Part shown: in pieces, positions 1 to 13,511 of the stretch
How the letters are laid out: each line of letters opens with the position of its first letter
Position numbering within the stretch: the stretch's first letter is position 1
Origin: the human T2T-CHM13v2.0 reference genome, Homo sapiens
Reading direction: 5' to 3' (one strand)
Assembly (NCBI RefSeq): GCF_009914755.1
Contig: NC_060927.1
DNA: 64,000 bases
Position numbers and translations under genes: made by a program
The notes under the pieces: generated by a model
The model's database searches: none
What the model was told of the DNA's origin: nothing
The model's input: the letters and a program-made list of their open reading frames with translations, nothing else

Positions 1-131
1 CATTTCTCAAAAGAAGACATTTATGCAGCCAATAAACATATGAAATAAAGCTCATCATCACTAATCATTAGAGAAATGCAAATGAAAACCACAATGAGAT
101 ATCATCTCATGCCAGTTAGAATGGCGATCAT
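1..131 (+). mobile_element. L1 (L1PA/PB-type) ORF2 3' fragment, cut by the window edge
   Basis: catttctcaaaagaagacatttatgcagcc...agagaaatgcaaatgaaaaccacaatgagatatcatctcatgccagttagaatggcgatcat matches the L1 ORF2 C-terminal region. Confidence 0.9.
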
Positions 132-1064
132 ATAGCTCCATTCTAAGAGGAGGGGCCATAAAAACTCTTCAGGTGTTCAGGTATCCATGTCAACTCACAT
201 TCTCTGTGTAATAATTCTTTGAATATATAAGCATGCTGATTTTCTCAATGAGCAGTCACCTTAGAAAACTTTCACCATGGCTTTGACAATTACCAGTCTC
301 CTTGATCATGAGCTTATAGTTCCTTACCCTTGCCTCAAATAACTGCTTATTAAGGTGTAACAAAAATGTGCTTCATTCTTTGTTTCCCCTCAACTCCAGA
401 ATCATGGCTACCTCTTCTTGCTTTTCACTCTCTTTCCTTTCTTGATTTCAGGCTTGTATGTATTTCAAGCATCTACCCCAACCCTTCCCCCATATTTTGC
501 TCCTAAACATTATTTTAGCTTCCCAATTCTGGCTTTCTCACTGACACTATGATGCTCCTTTGTTCATGCTTTCTGTTCCAACTAGCCTTCCCAGCAAGAA
601 TATCCCACAGCTTCACAGCTGAAATTCCCACTCGTTTTACACTTTCAAACTCTCTAATCTTCCCTTCCCACGGTTGAACTTATTATTTCTCTGAAGTATC
701 AATAAACATTTACTTCTTAATTAACCAAACTAATTTTGTAATTGTGTTTACATTTGATTTTATAAAAGACACGGTCACCTATATTATTGTTTTCTTACTA
801 TCATCTTCTAAATTGATTAAGATTATCTTCACCACCTACTTTTTTGTTTTTGTTCTGGCTGCCAAAACAAAAAATGACTCAAAATTTGAAACACTGTAAC
901 ACATTAGCACATCCCCTTAGAAATACATGACATTTCATTCTAACTACTCATTCTACTTAAATATTTTACGCCCTAGGATACTCCACTGTGTCCTATCTCA
1001 TATCTTTATGGTTTTCTGACACTTTATTGATAACATAATATTCACATAACAAACAGGTTTAGCA

Positions 1065-2070
1065 TTCTGATATCTTCCTTTTGAATTAAACTCTTTATCA
1101 TTATGAAATTCCTCTCTTTAGATCTAGTTATAAGTTATGACTGGGTTCTATTTTGGTAAGACTGGAAACTTCTGGCTTACTGCTGTTCCTAAGGTGTTGC
1201 CTTCTTTCTGGGGCTTTTAAATAAGGATCTTTGTCACCTCATCACTGCAAGATTACAGGATATATTGAATTCTGCCTGTTAGAAGATTTTAGCTCACTTT
1301 TTAATATTTAACCGCACACTGCTTCAAATTTTGACAAATGCCTTGAGGTAAAGAATAGACATGTTTGTAAAGACTCCAATATGTCACCTTAGCCCCGCAT
1401 GAGAAGCAAAATGCCTCATGGTTTCCTGTCCCTCATTAGTGTACGTTTTTTTGTTTGTTTTGTTTTGTTTTTTTAGGCACAATTCCTGAATTCTCAAGCT
1501 CTGACTAACTCTAGTCACTTGTAAATGATAAGTGTTCACATGTAGAAAATAGAAAATAGCTGTATATCCCCACTGTCAATTCACCACTTCCTTTAATGCC
1601 ATTGTATACAGCCTCTTTTGTTGTTTCCTTACCCTAGATGGATGGGTCTCCGTTTCTAAGTACTGTGAGCTGTGGGCCACTTAACTTATTCAGAATTCAG
1701 AAAACAAGCCACATATTCAAGGCCCCTAAGTCTCCAATTTTGTTACTTTAGCAACCTTTGCCACCACTAAAAGTTCTGTGATTTAGCTTTTGGCCCAGCA
1801 GGAGCTCATGGCCTGGTGTATGCCCACATCTGCAGCCACACCCAGGACCAGCAAATGCATACAGGGAAAAATAACAGCTGCCAATTGTCATATTCCCTCT
1901 GAACAGTTCTCTGTTCTCTGTTCTCTGGAGGTTCTGTTAGTCCTCATTACTTCCACGGCTCTTGTATGCTTTTTAAAATGCAATTTTCGCAACTCATCCT
2001 GTTTCTCTAGCAGTTGTCAGAGGAAGCATTGTCCTGACATTACCAACTACACCTAACTCAAAAGCAAGAT
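1065..2070 (-). mobile_element. Very old L1M fragments (ORF2 endonuclease piece and probable 5' region)
   Basis: Reverse complement of ~1068-1130 (ataatgataaagagtttaattcaaaaggaagatatca) resembles the L1 EN coding region. The downstream extent is only weakly recognisable. Confidence 0.4.
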
Positions 2071-2189
2071 TTTTGTTTTGTTTTAATCTTCAATTTCTCC
2101 CTCTTGGCCACTAGTTTTCTTCTCTGTAAGTTGAAAGTTCTATCCAATCCTACTTAATACAACTTTCAACACTTATGAAAAAAATACTG

Positions 2190-2300
2190 TCTTTCTGGCA
2201 AGGCTCACCTTGAGTTTGTTTGTCCTAAACATGGAATCAGTTGTTCCACTGAGAATCCTGATTCCTGTTAGTGAAGAATAGCATTAGAGAATTAGGGGCT
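2190..2300 (-). mobile_element. L1MC-type 3' UTR fragment
   Basis: Reverse complement tctctaatgctattcttcactaacaggaatcaggattctcagtggaacaactgattcc resembles an L1MC 3' end. Confidence 0.45.
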
Positions 2301-2713
2301 GAAATCTTGGCATTAAGATTGTATTTCAGATTGTTTCTTGTGACAGCTAAGTAAATGCAACCTGAAATGAGTTATAAAAGGTTATCCGTGAAAAAAAATG
2401 ATGAGTTCATGTTGACACTTCTATCATGATACAAATATTGCTGCAATAATAGCATATTAACTTATTAACCATTTTTAATAAAATGTGATACACTATTTTA
2501 TGATATCATTATAGACTTTACCAGATTGTTAACTTCCACTTCTATTTTTCTTTTAACTCGTAGAAGAAGTGTCCAGTCATGGGTTATAAAGTAAGAAAGT
2601 CCATTAAGTAACCATTATCAAAATCATTTTAACACCAACTTTCCAGAAAATATAAAAACCTCTTAGCTTTTCTCTGAAAACTGACAAATTCAGTAGCCTA
2701 GATATGGCTAGAC

Positions 2714-3231
2714 TGATATGGCTTGGCTGTGTCCCCATCCAAATCTCATCTTGACTTTGCACGTGTTGTGGGAGGGACCCAGTAGGAGGTAACTGAGTCA
2801 TGGGAGCAGGTCTTTGCTGTGCTGTTCTCATGATAGTGAACAAGCCTCGAGAGATCTGATGCTTCTATAAAGGGAGTTCCCCTGCAGAAGCTCTCTTTTT
2901 GCCTGTGGTCCTCCATGTAAGATGTGACTTGCTCTTAGGACAAAAACCTAAGGCATGCAGGGCTGAAAACCTAGATGAAGGGTTGACAGGTGCCACAAAC
3001 CACTTTGGCATATGTATACCTATGTAACAAACCTGCATGTTCTGCACATGTATCCTGGAACTTAAAAGTAAAAGTAAAATAAAATAAAGACGTGACTTGT
3101 TCCTCCTTGCCTTCCACCATGATTGTGAGGCCTCCCCAGCCATGTGGAACTGTAAGTCCATTAAACCTCTTTTTTTTTTTTTCGCAGCCTTGGGTATGTC
3201 TTTATCAACTGTCTGAAAACAGACTAATACA
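2714..3231 (+). mobile_element. THE1 (A/B-like) MaLR solo LTR, interrupted by an L1PA 3' end
   Basis: Starts tgatatggcttggctgtgtcccc and ends gaaaacagactaataca. Flanks tagac/gagac form a 5-bp TSD with 1 mismatch. Confidence 0.93.
2935..3086 (+). mobile_element. Heavily 5'-truncated L1PA (PA7/8-like) 3' end nested in THE1
   Basis: acctatgtaacaaacctgcatgttctgcacatgtatcc...aacttaaaagtaaaa plus A-rich tail. 16-bp TSD aagatgtgacttgctc (2919-2934) / aagacgtgacttgttc (3087-3102). Confidence 0.92.
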
Positions 3232-3292
3232 GAGACATATATTTCAGATAAAGGCACAAGCAATTAGGAGCAAAGAAAAGTATAACACAGAT

Positions 3293-3650
3293 TGTATTAG
3301 TTCTCACATGGCTATAAAGATACTACCCAAGACTGGGTAATTTACAAAGGAAAGAGATTTAATTGAATCACGGTTCCTCATGGCTGAGGAGGCCTCAGGA
3401 AACTTACAATCATGGTGGAAGGGGAAGGAGGCACCTTCTTCACAAGGTGGCAGGACAGCAAAGAGAAGGTGAAGTGGAAAGTTCCTTACAAAACCATCAG
3501 ATTTCATGAGAGCTCACTCACGATTACAAGAACAGCATGGGGGAAACTGCCCCCATGATCCAGTCACCTCCCACTGGGTCCCTCCCTTGACACATGGGGA
3601 TTACAATTCAAGATGAGATCTGGGCGGGGACAGAGAGCCAAACCATATCA
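3293..3650 (-). mobile_element. THE1D/MSTA-like MaLR solo LTR
   Basis: tgtattag...gaggcctcaggaaacttacaatcatggtggaagg...ccaaaccatatca. TSD cagat/cagac. Confidence 0.92.
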
Positions 3651-3754
3651 CAGACCAATATAATATTTTGCTTTGTTTTAATCCAAAACTCACCTTCTCT
3701 TTGTGGCATTAATGTCATGTAGTTAATTGCTCTGATATAAAAAGATATTGAGCA

Positions 3755-4005
<251 letters not shown>

Positions 4006-4394
4006 TAAGTCAAATTGTTATAACCCATACTTAGTTCCCTAGATAAAGCTCCCCAAGTGCCATAGACTGCAAAGCAATCTCCCTAAGTATTTACCTTTCA
4101 AAAGAAGACATGGGAAATATTTCTAGGTCATAAAATCCAGGGACACCAGGTATTTATTTGTCCCTAGGAAAGGCATATTTATGTTCCAAAAATTTAGTGT
4201 GAGAACTCAGTCTCTTCCCCATTCAATTTTTAAGAACCAAAACTGTTTTCCATACTTTTGGGAGGAGTGAGGTTGATGGTCTATCTACTGTACATAAACA
4301 GAAAAATTCATGTTTTGTCACTCATCAGTGAAATATCTGGCCACTCTTGTAAGAAAATTTTCTACCTGGTTTTCATCATGTTACTACAGGGGTT

Positions 4395-5718
4395 AGTTAT
4401 TTCATCAGTGTTTGATAATTTTCAGTATACAGATTTTTCACTTTCTTGGTTAAATTTATTCTTAACTATTTTGTTATTTGTAATGCTATTATAAGTGGAA
4501 TTGTTTTCTTAATTTTTTCTGAGAATTTATTGTTAGTGCGTACAAATGCAACTAATTTCTGTATATTAATTTTGTCTTCTGAACCTTTACTAAATTTCTT
4601 TATTAGTTCTAACAGATTTTTGGAGGAGTCTTTAGGGTTTTCTATATAAAAAATCATATTGTCTGTAGACAGAGACAATTTTACTTCTTATCTGATTTGG
4701 ATACCTTTTATGTCTTTTTATTAACTAATTGCTCTTGCTAGGACTTTCACCACTTTGTGGAACAAAAGTGGTGAGACTGAGCACTCTTGCCCTGTTCCTA
4801 ATTTTAGGAGAAAGCTTTCAGCATTTCACCATGGAGAATGACATTGGCTGTGGGCTTGTCATATATGGCTTTCATTGCGTTGATATACATTAATTCTACA
4901 TCTAATTTGTTAGGAGTTTTTAATCATGAAATATTATTGAATTATGTCAAATCCTTTTGCTACATCTATTGAGATAATCACGTGATTTCTATCATGTATT
5001 CTTTCAGTGTAGTATATCACATTTTATTGATCTGTGTATGTTAAACCTACCTTGCATACCAGGAATAACTCTCACTAGATTGTAGCATCTGATCCTCACA
5101 ATATGCTGTTGAACTAGGTTTGATAGTATTTTATTGAGGATTTTTGCCTCTGTGTTCATGAGGGATATTGCCCTGTGTTATCTTTTCTTGTAGTCTTCTT
5201 ATCTGAGTTTGGTTTAAGAGTAATGTTTGGCAGTGCCCCCCCGCTTTCCAATTATTTGGAAGATATTGAGAAAGATTAGCTTCAATTTTTCTTTTAATGC
5301 TTGATACAATTTACCCATGAAGTGATGTGGTCCTTTGCTTCTCATTTTTGGGGAGTTTTAGATTACTGTTAAATATCCTTACTCATTATTGGTCTGACAG
5401 GTTTTTCTATTACTTCATAATTCATTCTTGGTAGGTTATATGTTTCTAGACATTTATTCTTGTCTTCTAAATTATCCAATTTCTTGGTATATAATTGTTT
5501 ATAGTCATCTCTCATGATGTTAAAAAATTTCTGTGGTATTAATAATAATGTCTCTCTTTCATTTATAATTTTATTTATCTGAGTCCTCTTTCCATTTTTC
5601 TTGGTAATTCTAAAAAGCAGATTTATAAATTTTATTATTTTTCCAACACTCAGTCACATTGATATTTCTATTATTTTTCTAGTCTCTTTTTTATTTATTT
5701 CCATTTTAATATTTATTA
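4395..5718 (-). mobile_element. L1M(A) ORF2 fragment (RT region)
   Basis: Minus-strand ORF 4466-4678 (DNMIFYIENPKDSSKNLLELIKKFSK) is the degenerate L1 RT YADD-region peptide. Confidence 0.9.
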
Positions 5719-8382
5719 GATAAGTCTCACCTCATCTTTAAACTAATACTGGCATATTCCCCTAAAGAAAATTATGTTGGGGGTGAGAAAAATCAATCAA
5801 TATATTAGTTGTAATGCCTTGAGACCATTCTAAATTATTATATATAGTAATACCATAAATGAAGATCATTTTAATTATCAACTTCTCAAACATGGATAAT
5901 AAAAATAGTTACATATTCTACCTGATTTAGCATCACATAGACATTTAAAATCTATTTAACAGAACCAGAGTTTTCTTTGTCTGCACCTTATTCATTTTTT
6001 ATTGTAAATTAAGTATGACTATTGTTACTTTCATTCATGAGTATAAAATGCACTGGTAAAAATAAGTATGAAGCCAAATTTAGAATAATTTAATATTATC
6101 ATGATGACGTTAAATTACTTATATCTTTAGTGAGAAGGTAAAAAGACAAAACTATTAAAAATAATAGTAGATAAAATAATTTGTTAAGAGATACAAAATA
6201 TAAAAAGATGAAAACTATGACATCAAAAACATAAAATGTTGGAGGAACGGATGGAGTAAAAGTGTTGATTATTTTATGCAATCAAAGTTAAGTTGTTATT
6301 GGTGTAAAGCCCCCTGTTTTTAGTATAGCATGTTTTATGTAAGCCTCATGGTAACCACAAAGCAAAAACCTATAGTATATGCACAAAAGATAAAAAGTAA
6401 AAATCATAGAACTCTACTAGACAAAAATTAATCTCAAAGGAAGACAGCAAGAGAGGAATAAAGGACATACAAAATAACCAGGAAGAAAATAACAAATGCA
6501 GTAGTAAGTTCTTATCTATCAATAATTATCTTGACTATAAATGGATAAATTCTCCAATCAAAGACAGAGTAGATAAATGGATTTTTAAAAAGATCCAAGT
6601 ATATGCTAACTGCTAGAGACTCATTATCTATAAGGATACATGGAGATTGAAAATAAAAGGATACGAATGCTATTCCATGCAAATGTAGACCAAAAAGAGC
6701 AGGGGCAAATATATGTATAATATGTAAAGTAAACTTTAAGTCAAAACTATAAAGTAAATTAGATAATTCTATTTTGATAAAGGACTCAATTGATCAAGAG
6801 AATAAGACAATTGCCAATATATGTCCAAAGCATCAGAGCACTTAAATATGTATAGCAAATATTAATAGAACTGAAGGGAAAATAGACTGTAACACAATAG
6901 TAGAATGGGATTTCAGTACTACAGTTTTAGCAGTGTACAAACCTTCCACACAGATAATTGATAAGGAAACGTTACACATAAATTACACTTTAAATAGACT
7001 TAACATACATACAGAACTTTTCATCCAACAGTAGCAGAATGCACATTCTTCTTAAGCACACATGGAACATTTTTCAGAAAAGATCCTATGTTAGGCCACA
7101 AAACAATTCTTTTAATACAAAACAGGTTTTTAATAAAAAAGTTAACAACATGCTGTGAAATGACCAATAGGTCGAAGAACAAATTGAAAGAAAATTATAA
7201 CAATATTTTGAGATAAATTAAAATGGACATACAACATACCAAAACTTATGGGATGCAGCATAATCTGTTCTAAGAGAGAGGTTTATAGCAATAAATGCCT
7301 ACATCAAATACAAAGAAAGATCTCAAATAAAAAGCCTACCTTACATTTCAAGAAATTTAAAAAATGAATAACCTAAACCTACAGTTAGTACAAGAAAGAA
7401 ATAATAAGGATCAGAGAAGACACAGATGAAATAGAGACCAGAAAACAATAGAAAGATCAGTAAAACTAAAGTTGTGTTTCTTGAAAGATAAACAACAAAG
7501 AAATTTAGCTACACCCCCCAAAAAGAGAAAATACTCTAATAAACCACAAATAAAAGTAAAAACATTAAAACTCCTACATGGAAACAAAGAAATCGTAGGA
7601 GACTACTATGAACAATTATATGACAATATATTGGATAACCTGGAATAAATTGATAAATTTCTAGAAATTTACAACCTACCCAGACTGAATCATAAAGGAG
7701 AAGGTCTGAAAAGACTAATAATGAATAAGGAGATAGTATCAGTAATAAAAAATCTCCCATCTAAGATGAGAGTGATTCCCAAGACCTGATGGCATCTCTG
7801 ATTTCTATCAAAAATATAAAGAACTAGCACAACCAAACCTCAAACTCTTCCAAAACTGAAGAAAAGAAAATACTTCCAAACTCATTTTACAAAGCCAGAA
7901 CTACCTACTGATACCAAAGTCAACTTAGGGGCACTCTGAGAAAAGAAAGTAACAGGCCAATGCCTGTGATCAACATAGATGCAAAAATTCCCAACAGAAT
8001 ACTAGCAAACCAAATTTAATGACATATTAAAAGAATCATGCACCATAACCAGGTGTGATTTACCCCATGGATTCAAGGTTGACATAACACAGGCAAATCT
8101 AAAAATGCAAGACACCACATTAACAGAATGAAGGACAAAAACCATATGATCACCTTAATAGATGCATCAAAATAATTTGACAAAATTCATCATCTTTTTG
8201 TGATAAAACTCTCAAAAAATTAAGTATGAAAGGAGTGTACCTAAACACAAAAATTCCATAAGTAACAAGCCCACAGCTAACATCACACTCAAATGACTCA
8301 AATGTTATACGCCAGCAAAGAACTATGTGAATTAGAAATAAAGAAATCATCTTACTTAAAATAGCTACAAAGATAAAATAAA

Positions 8383-8750
8383 GGCCAGGCACGGTGGCAT
8401 ACAACTGTAATCCTAGCACTTTGGGAGGCTGAGGCTGGTGGATCACGAGGTCAGGAGTTCAAGACCAGCCTGGCCACGATGGTGAAACCCCATCTCTACT
8501 AAAAATGCAAAGAAATTACCTGGGTGTGGTGGTGAACGCCTGTAATCCCAGCTATTTGGGAGGCTGAGGCAGAGAATTGCTTGAACCCAGGAGGCAGAGA
8601 TTACGATGAGCTGAGATCCTGCCACTGCAGTTAAGCCAACCTGGGGGGTGGAGGTTGCAGTGAGCCGAAATCGTGCCACTGCACTTCAGCCTGGGTGACA
8701 AAGTGAGACTCTGTCTAAAAATAAATAAATTAATTAATTAATTAAATAAA
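8383..8750 (+). mobile_element. AluS (Sg-like) with a duplicated right-arm segment
   Basis: ggccaggcacggtggc...gatcacgaggtcaggagttcaagacc. Right-arm segment present twice. A-rich/(TTAA)n tail. Confidence 0.93.
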
Positions 8751-9184
8751 ATACTTAGGTATCAATTTAACCGAGGAGTTGAAAGATCTGTACACTGAAA
8801 ACTATGAAACACTGATGAAAAAATTTGAAGAAGACATAAATATTTGGGAAGATATTCAGTGCTCATGGATTAGAAGAAGAGATATTGTTAAAATGGCCTA
8901 CTAAAAAAAATGCAGACACAGATACAATGCAATCCTTGTCACAATTCCAATGACATTTTTTATAAAAATAGAAAAAAATCCTAAAATTTGTGTGGCACCA
9001 CAGAGAACACCAAATAGCCAAATAAATCTACAGCAAAAAGAACAAAGCTAGAGGCATCACACTACCTAACTTTAAAATATATTACAAAGCTGTAGTAATC
9101 AAAACCACATATTACTGGCATAAAAGCAGATATAGAGAACAAATGAAACAAAAGAGCCCAGAAATGTGCTTGTACAATTATGGA

Positions 9185-9530
9185 TATCTTAGTGTGTTTT
9201 AGGCTGCTATAATAGAATACTACATATTGGGTAATTTATAATGAGCAGAAATTTAAGGACTGGAAAATTTATAATTAAAGGGCCACATCTGGTGAGAGTC
9301 TTGTTGCTTCATCATACCATGGTGGAAGGCATAACATGTTGACAGAGGGCACTCAAAAGAACAAGACAGGGCCAAACTCACCTTTATAGCAAACCCACTA
9401 TCACAATAGTAAATCCACTCCTACAATAATGATAATAATCACCTCTCAAAAGTTGCCCCATCTAAACAATGTCATATTAGAGATTAAGTTTCTGACACAT
9501 AAATTTTGTGGACACATTCAAACCATAACA
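9185..9530 (-). mobile_element. MST (C/D-like) MaLR solo LTR nested in L1MA
   Basis: tatcttagtgtgttttaggctgctataatagaatac...acacattcaaaccataaca. L1 ORF2 resumes directly afterwards (acagtcaact). Confidence 0.82.
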
Positions 9531-10335
9531 ACAGTCAACTATTTTTCAACAAAGGTGCCAAGAATGCAATGGAGAAAAGACAGCATTTAACAAATGATGT
9601 TAAGAAAACTGGATATCCACATGCACATGAATAAAATTAGACCCTTATCTCACAACACATACAAAAAATCAACTTAGAGTGAGTTATATACTTAGAAGTA
9701 ACACGTAAAAGTGTAAAATTACTGGAAGAAAACATGGGGGGAACTCTGTGACATTAGTCTGGTCAATGAAATTTCGATATGATCCCAAAAGCACTGACAA
9801 CATAAGCAAAAAAAAAAAAAAAGACAAATAATATTACATCGAACTACAAAGCTTCATCACAGCAAAAGACACAATCAACAGAACAAAGAGACAACCTATG
9901 TAAAATGAGAAAATATTTGCAAACCATACATCTGATAAGAGGTTAATATCCAAAATATGTAAAAAAAAAAACCTCGAACAACTCAAAATCAAGTAAACAG
10001 ATAACCTGATTTAAAAACTGACAAAAAAATAGACATTTTTCAAAAAAAGACATATCAATGATCAACAGATATACAAAAAAATGCTCAATATTACTATTCA
10101 TCAGAGAAATGCAAAATATAACCACAATGAGGTAAGTATCTTACACTTGTTAGAATGGCTATTATCAGAAAGACAAAAGATAATAAGTATTGGCAATGAT
10201 TTCGGAAAAAGAGAACACTCATACACTGTTGGTGAGAATGCAAATTATACAGCCATTATGAAAACAGTTTGGAGATTCCTCAAAGGATAGAAACCAGAAC
10301 TATCATACTGTCCAGCAATCCCACTTCTGGGTATA

Positions 10336-12727
10336 TGTTCCAGTTTGAATGTTTGCCCCCTCCCAAACTCATGTTGAAATTTAATTGCCATTGTATTAGA
10401 ATAATGAAGTAGTAGAAACTTTAAGAGTTGATTAGGCCACTTGGAAGCTCCACTCTCATCAGTGGGATTGGTGTCATTATAAGAGGGTGAGTTCAGCCCC
10501 TTCTTGCTCTCCCTTGCCCTTTTATATTTTGTCATGGGATGATGCAGCAAGTAGGCCCTTACTAGAGGCTGGCAACCAGATATTGGACTTGCCTGCCTCC
10601 AAAACTGAGCCAATACATTTTGTTCATTATGAGTTACTCAGTCTCAGGTATTCTGTTACAGCAGCACAAATGGACTAGGACAGTAAAATGGTAACAAAAA
10701 TTTCATTATAGTGTTGCTATAATGAATACCTAAAACTGTGGAAGGGGCTTTGGAACAAAGTAAGAGATAGAGATTGGAGCAGTTTTGAAGTTAATGCTAG
10801 AAAAATTCTGTATTGTCATGAAGAGAGCATTACAGATATTCCAATGAGAAACAAGAAGAAGAGAAGAGTTGTAGGAAAACTTGGAAACTTCTTAGAGATT
10901 AGTGGTTTGTGATCCAAACGTTGGTACAAATATGGACAGTAAAGGCAATCCTGACGAGGTCTCCGATAGAAATGAGGAGCAGCATATTGGAAACTAAGTA
11001 AAATCCATTCTTGTTGTAAAGCGGCCAATAACGTGAATGAATTGTGTCAATACCTAAGGCCTTCATGGAAGACAAAATTCAAGAGTGATGAACTAGGATA
11101 TCTAACTAAAGAAACTTTTAAGCTGCAAAGCATTGAAGAAACCGTATGGCTAATTAATCACATAAAGTAAAATTTGAGAAGAGAAAAGTGATTTAAAGAT
11201 TGTATTAGCTCATTCTCGCACTGCTATAAAGAACTACCTGAGACTGTGAAATTTATGAAGAGAAGATGTTTAACTGACCCACAGTTCTGCAGCCTTAACA
11301 GGAAGCATGACTAGGAGGTCTCAGGAAACTTACAATCATGATGGAAGGCAAAGGGGAAAAAAAGCATGTCTTCTGCATGTCTTCACATAGTTCCAGAAGG
11401 TGCAGGAGGTGGGGGTGGGGCGGGCGAGAATGCTACACACTTTTAAACAAGGAGATCTTGTGAGAAGTCACTGACTATTACGAGAACAGGAAGGGGGAAA
11501 TCCACCCTCCCATAATCCAGTGACCTCCCACCAGGCCCCTCCTTCAACAGTGGGAATTAGTTTGACATGAGATTTGAGTGTGGACACAGAGCCAAACCAT
11601 ATCAAAGATGTAATATAAAATTAAAAGAGAATTAAAATGTAAAAATTTGAAACATTACCAGCCATGTCAAGGACAAAAAAAATGCTGTGTGGGTGAGAAT
11701 ACCAAGAGTTGGTGAGCAAGAGAAACTTTGATAAGGAAGCTCATCTGTATAGAAGGAAACCAGCTGCCACTCATCAGCACAATAAGAAAGACCCAGAAGG
11801 CATTTTAGAGATCTTCAGGGTTGTCCCTCCCATTACAAGCTCAGAGCCCTATGCCTTGAGTGCTGAATTGTTATTGGTGAAAGGCACAGTGTGCACATGG
11901 TACCTGAGGGAAACCTGTGGCCTCCGCTTTCCAAATTTTCGCACTGCACTTCTTGACACTCCAGCTGTAGCTCAAATGGGCAAAGCATGGCTCAACCTGC
12001 TGCTCTGGCATGCAGGATGTAAGAGCTGTGGAAGCATGACTGCCTCCACCTAGATTTGTAAGAATGTATCAGAGAGCCTGGGTATCCAGGCAGAGACTTG
12101 CCACATGGGTGAATCCACCACAAAACCTCTATTAGGGATTTCTCTGTGCCATTTGGGCTGTGGGAGTAAAGCTGCCCCCAATACCCCAGAAAGTAGAGTT
12201 TACCAGCTTAATTGCAGCCTGGGAAAGCTTCTGGCAGGAGGTTTCAACTAGTGAGAGCTGCTGTGTGGGCTGAGCTCAACAAACTCATAGAGGCAGGAAT
12301 GCCTGAGGCCTTAGGGACCCATCACCTTCTTCACTGTGTCTAGGTGATAGGACATGTAGTCAGGGAAAATTATTTTGGAGCCTTCAGATTTAATGTTGTT
12401 CTCTCTGTTAAGGTTTTTACTTACTTGGGACAAGTTACTTCTTTTTTTTCTTGTCTATTTTTTTCTTTTTCAAATGGCAGTGATGATCCTATGCTTGCTC
12501 CATCATTGTAATTTGGGAGCATGTTATGTATTTTGATTTCACAGGCTCACAGAGGAAAATTTACCACAGGATGAATTGTGCTTTAGATTTAGATATGACT
12601 TTGGAGTTTGGACTTTTGAGTTGATGCTAAAATAAGTTAAGACTTTTGGGACTATTTAGATGGAATTCATGTATTTTTTATGTCAGCCAGAACAGAATGC
12701 TATAGTTTGAATATTTCTCTCCTCCAT
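10336..12727 (+). mobile_element. MST(C/D)-like MaLR provirus: 5' LTR 10336-10682, internal region 10683-12697, first ~30 nt of 3' LTR
   Basis: LTR tgttccagtttgaatgtttgcccc...aatggactaggaca. Internal start has aatacctaaaactgtggaaggggctttggaac. Purine tract, then tgctatagtttgaat at 12698. Confidence 0.85.
11201..11604 (-). mobile_element. MSTA-like solo LTR nested in the MaLR internal region
   Basis: tgtattagctcattctcgcactgctataaagaactacctgagact...ccaaaccatatca. Perfect TSD AAGAT (11196-11200 / 11605-11609). Confidence 0.93.
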
Positions 12728-13511
12728 ATATTAAATATATATATTAACAATTGTTTTGTGTTTTTAACATAAAATTTGGTAGTAGCTGTCTGTGAAATAA
12801 ATTACAATCTACCAAAGTACATTTTAAGAACAGTAAAAATGAGTTATCACTAAAGTGGTGATTAGGTTTCTATGTTCTCGCATTATTGTTACGACTAAAT
12901 TTTTTTGAGGAAAACAAATAGAACAACTGGTAAAAAAGTAAAATTCTCCTGAGGACTGGAACAAGACAAGGATGTCCACTTCCACTACTTCTATTCAACA
13001 TGGTACTGGAAGTCCTATCCAGAGCAATCAGGCAAGAGAAAGAAATAAAGGAGATCCAAATTGAAAAAGAGGAAATCAAATTATCACTGTGTGCCATATA
13101 CACTAGATATGAGTGTATACCTAGAAAACCCTGAAGACTCATCCGAAAGACCCCTACATCTGATAAAAGAATTCAATGAAGCCTAAGGTTACAAAACCAA
13201 TGTATACAAATTAGTAGCACTGTTACTAATCAATAACTCAATCAAGAACTCAATCCCTTTTACAACAGTTGTAAAAAGAAAAAAAGTCACCGAGGAATTC
13301 ACTTAACCAAGGAGGTGAATGATCTCTACAAGGAAAACTACAAAACACTGCTGAAGTAAATCATAGATGACACAAACAAATGGAAACATATGTCATACTT
13401 ATGTATAGGAAGAATCAGTGTGGTGAAAATGACCATATCTCCCAAAGCAAACTATGGTTTCAACGCAATTCCCATGGAAATACTCTCCTCAATTTTTACA
13501 GAACTAGAAAA

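Larger units (their letters stand above)
6100..10335 (+). mobile_element. L1MA element (inter-ORF region plus most of ORF2), degenerate, interrupted by Alu and MST
   Basis: EN start near 6495 (gcagtagtaagttcttatctatcaataat...). ORF2 is collinear up to ccagcaatcccacttctgggtata at ~10335. Confidence 0.92.

Noticed and set aside
4395-8830. Inverted L1 pair as a twin-priming inversion
   Set aside because: The minus copy covers the same ORF2 interval as 7390-8830 of the plus copy and is divergent from it, so these are independent insertions.
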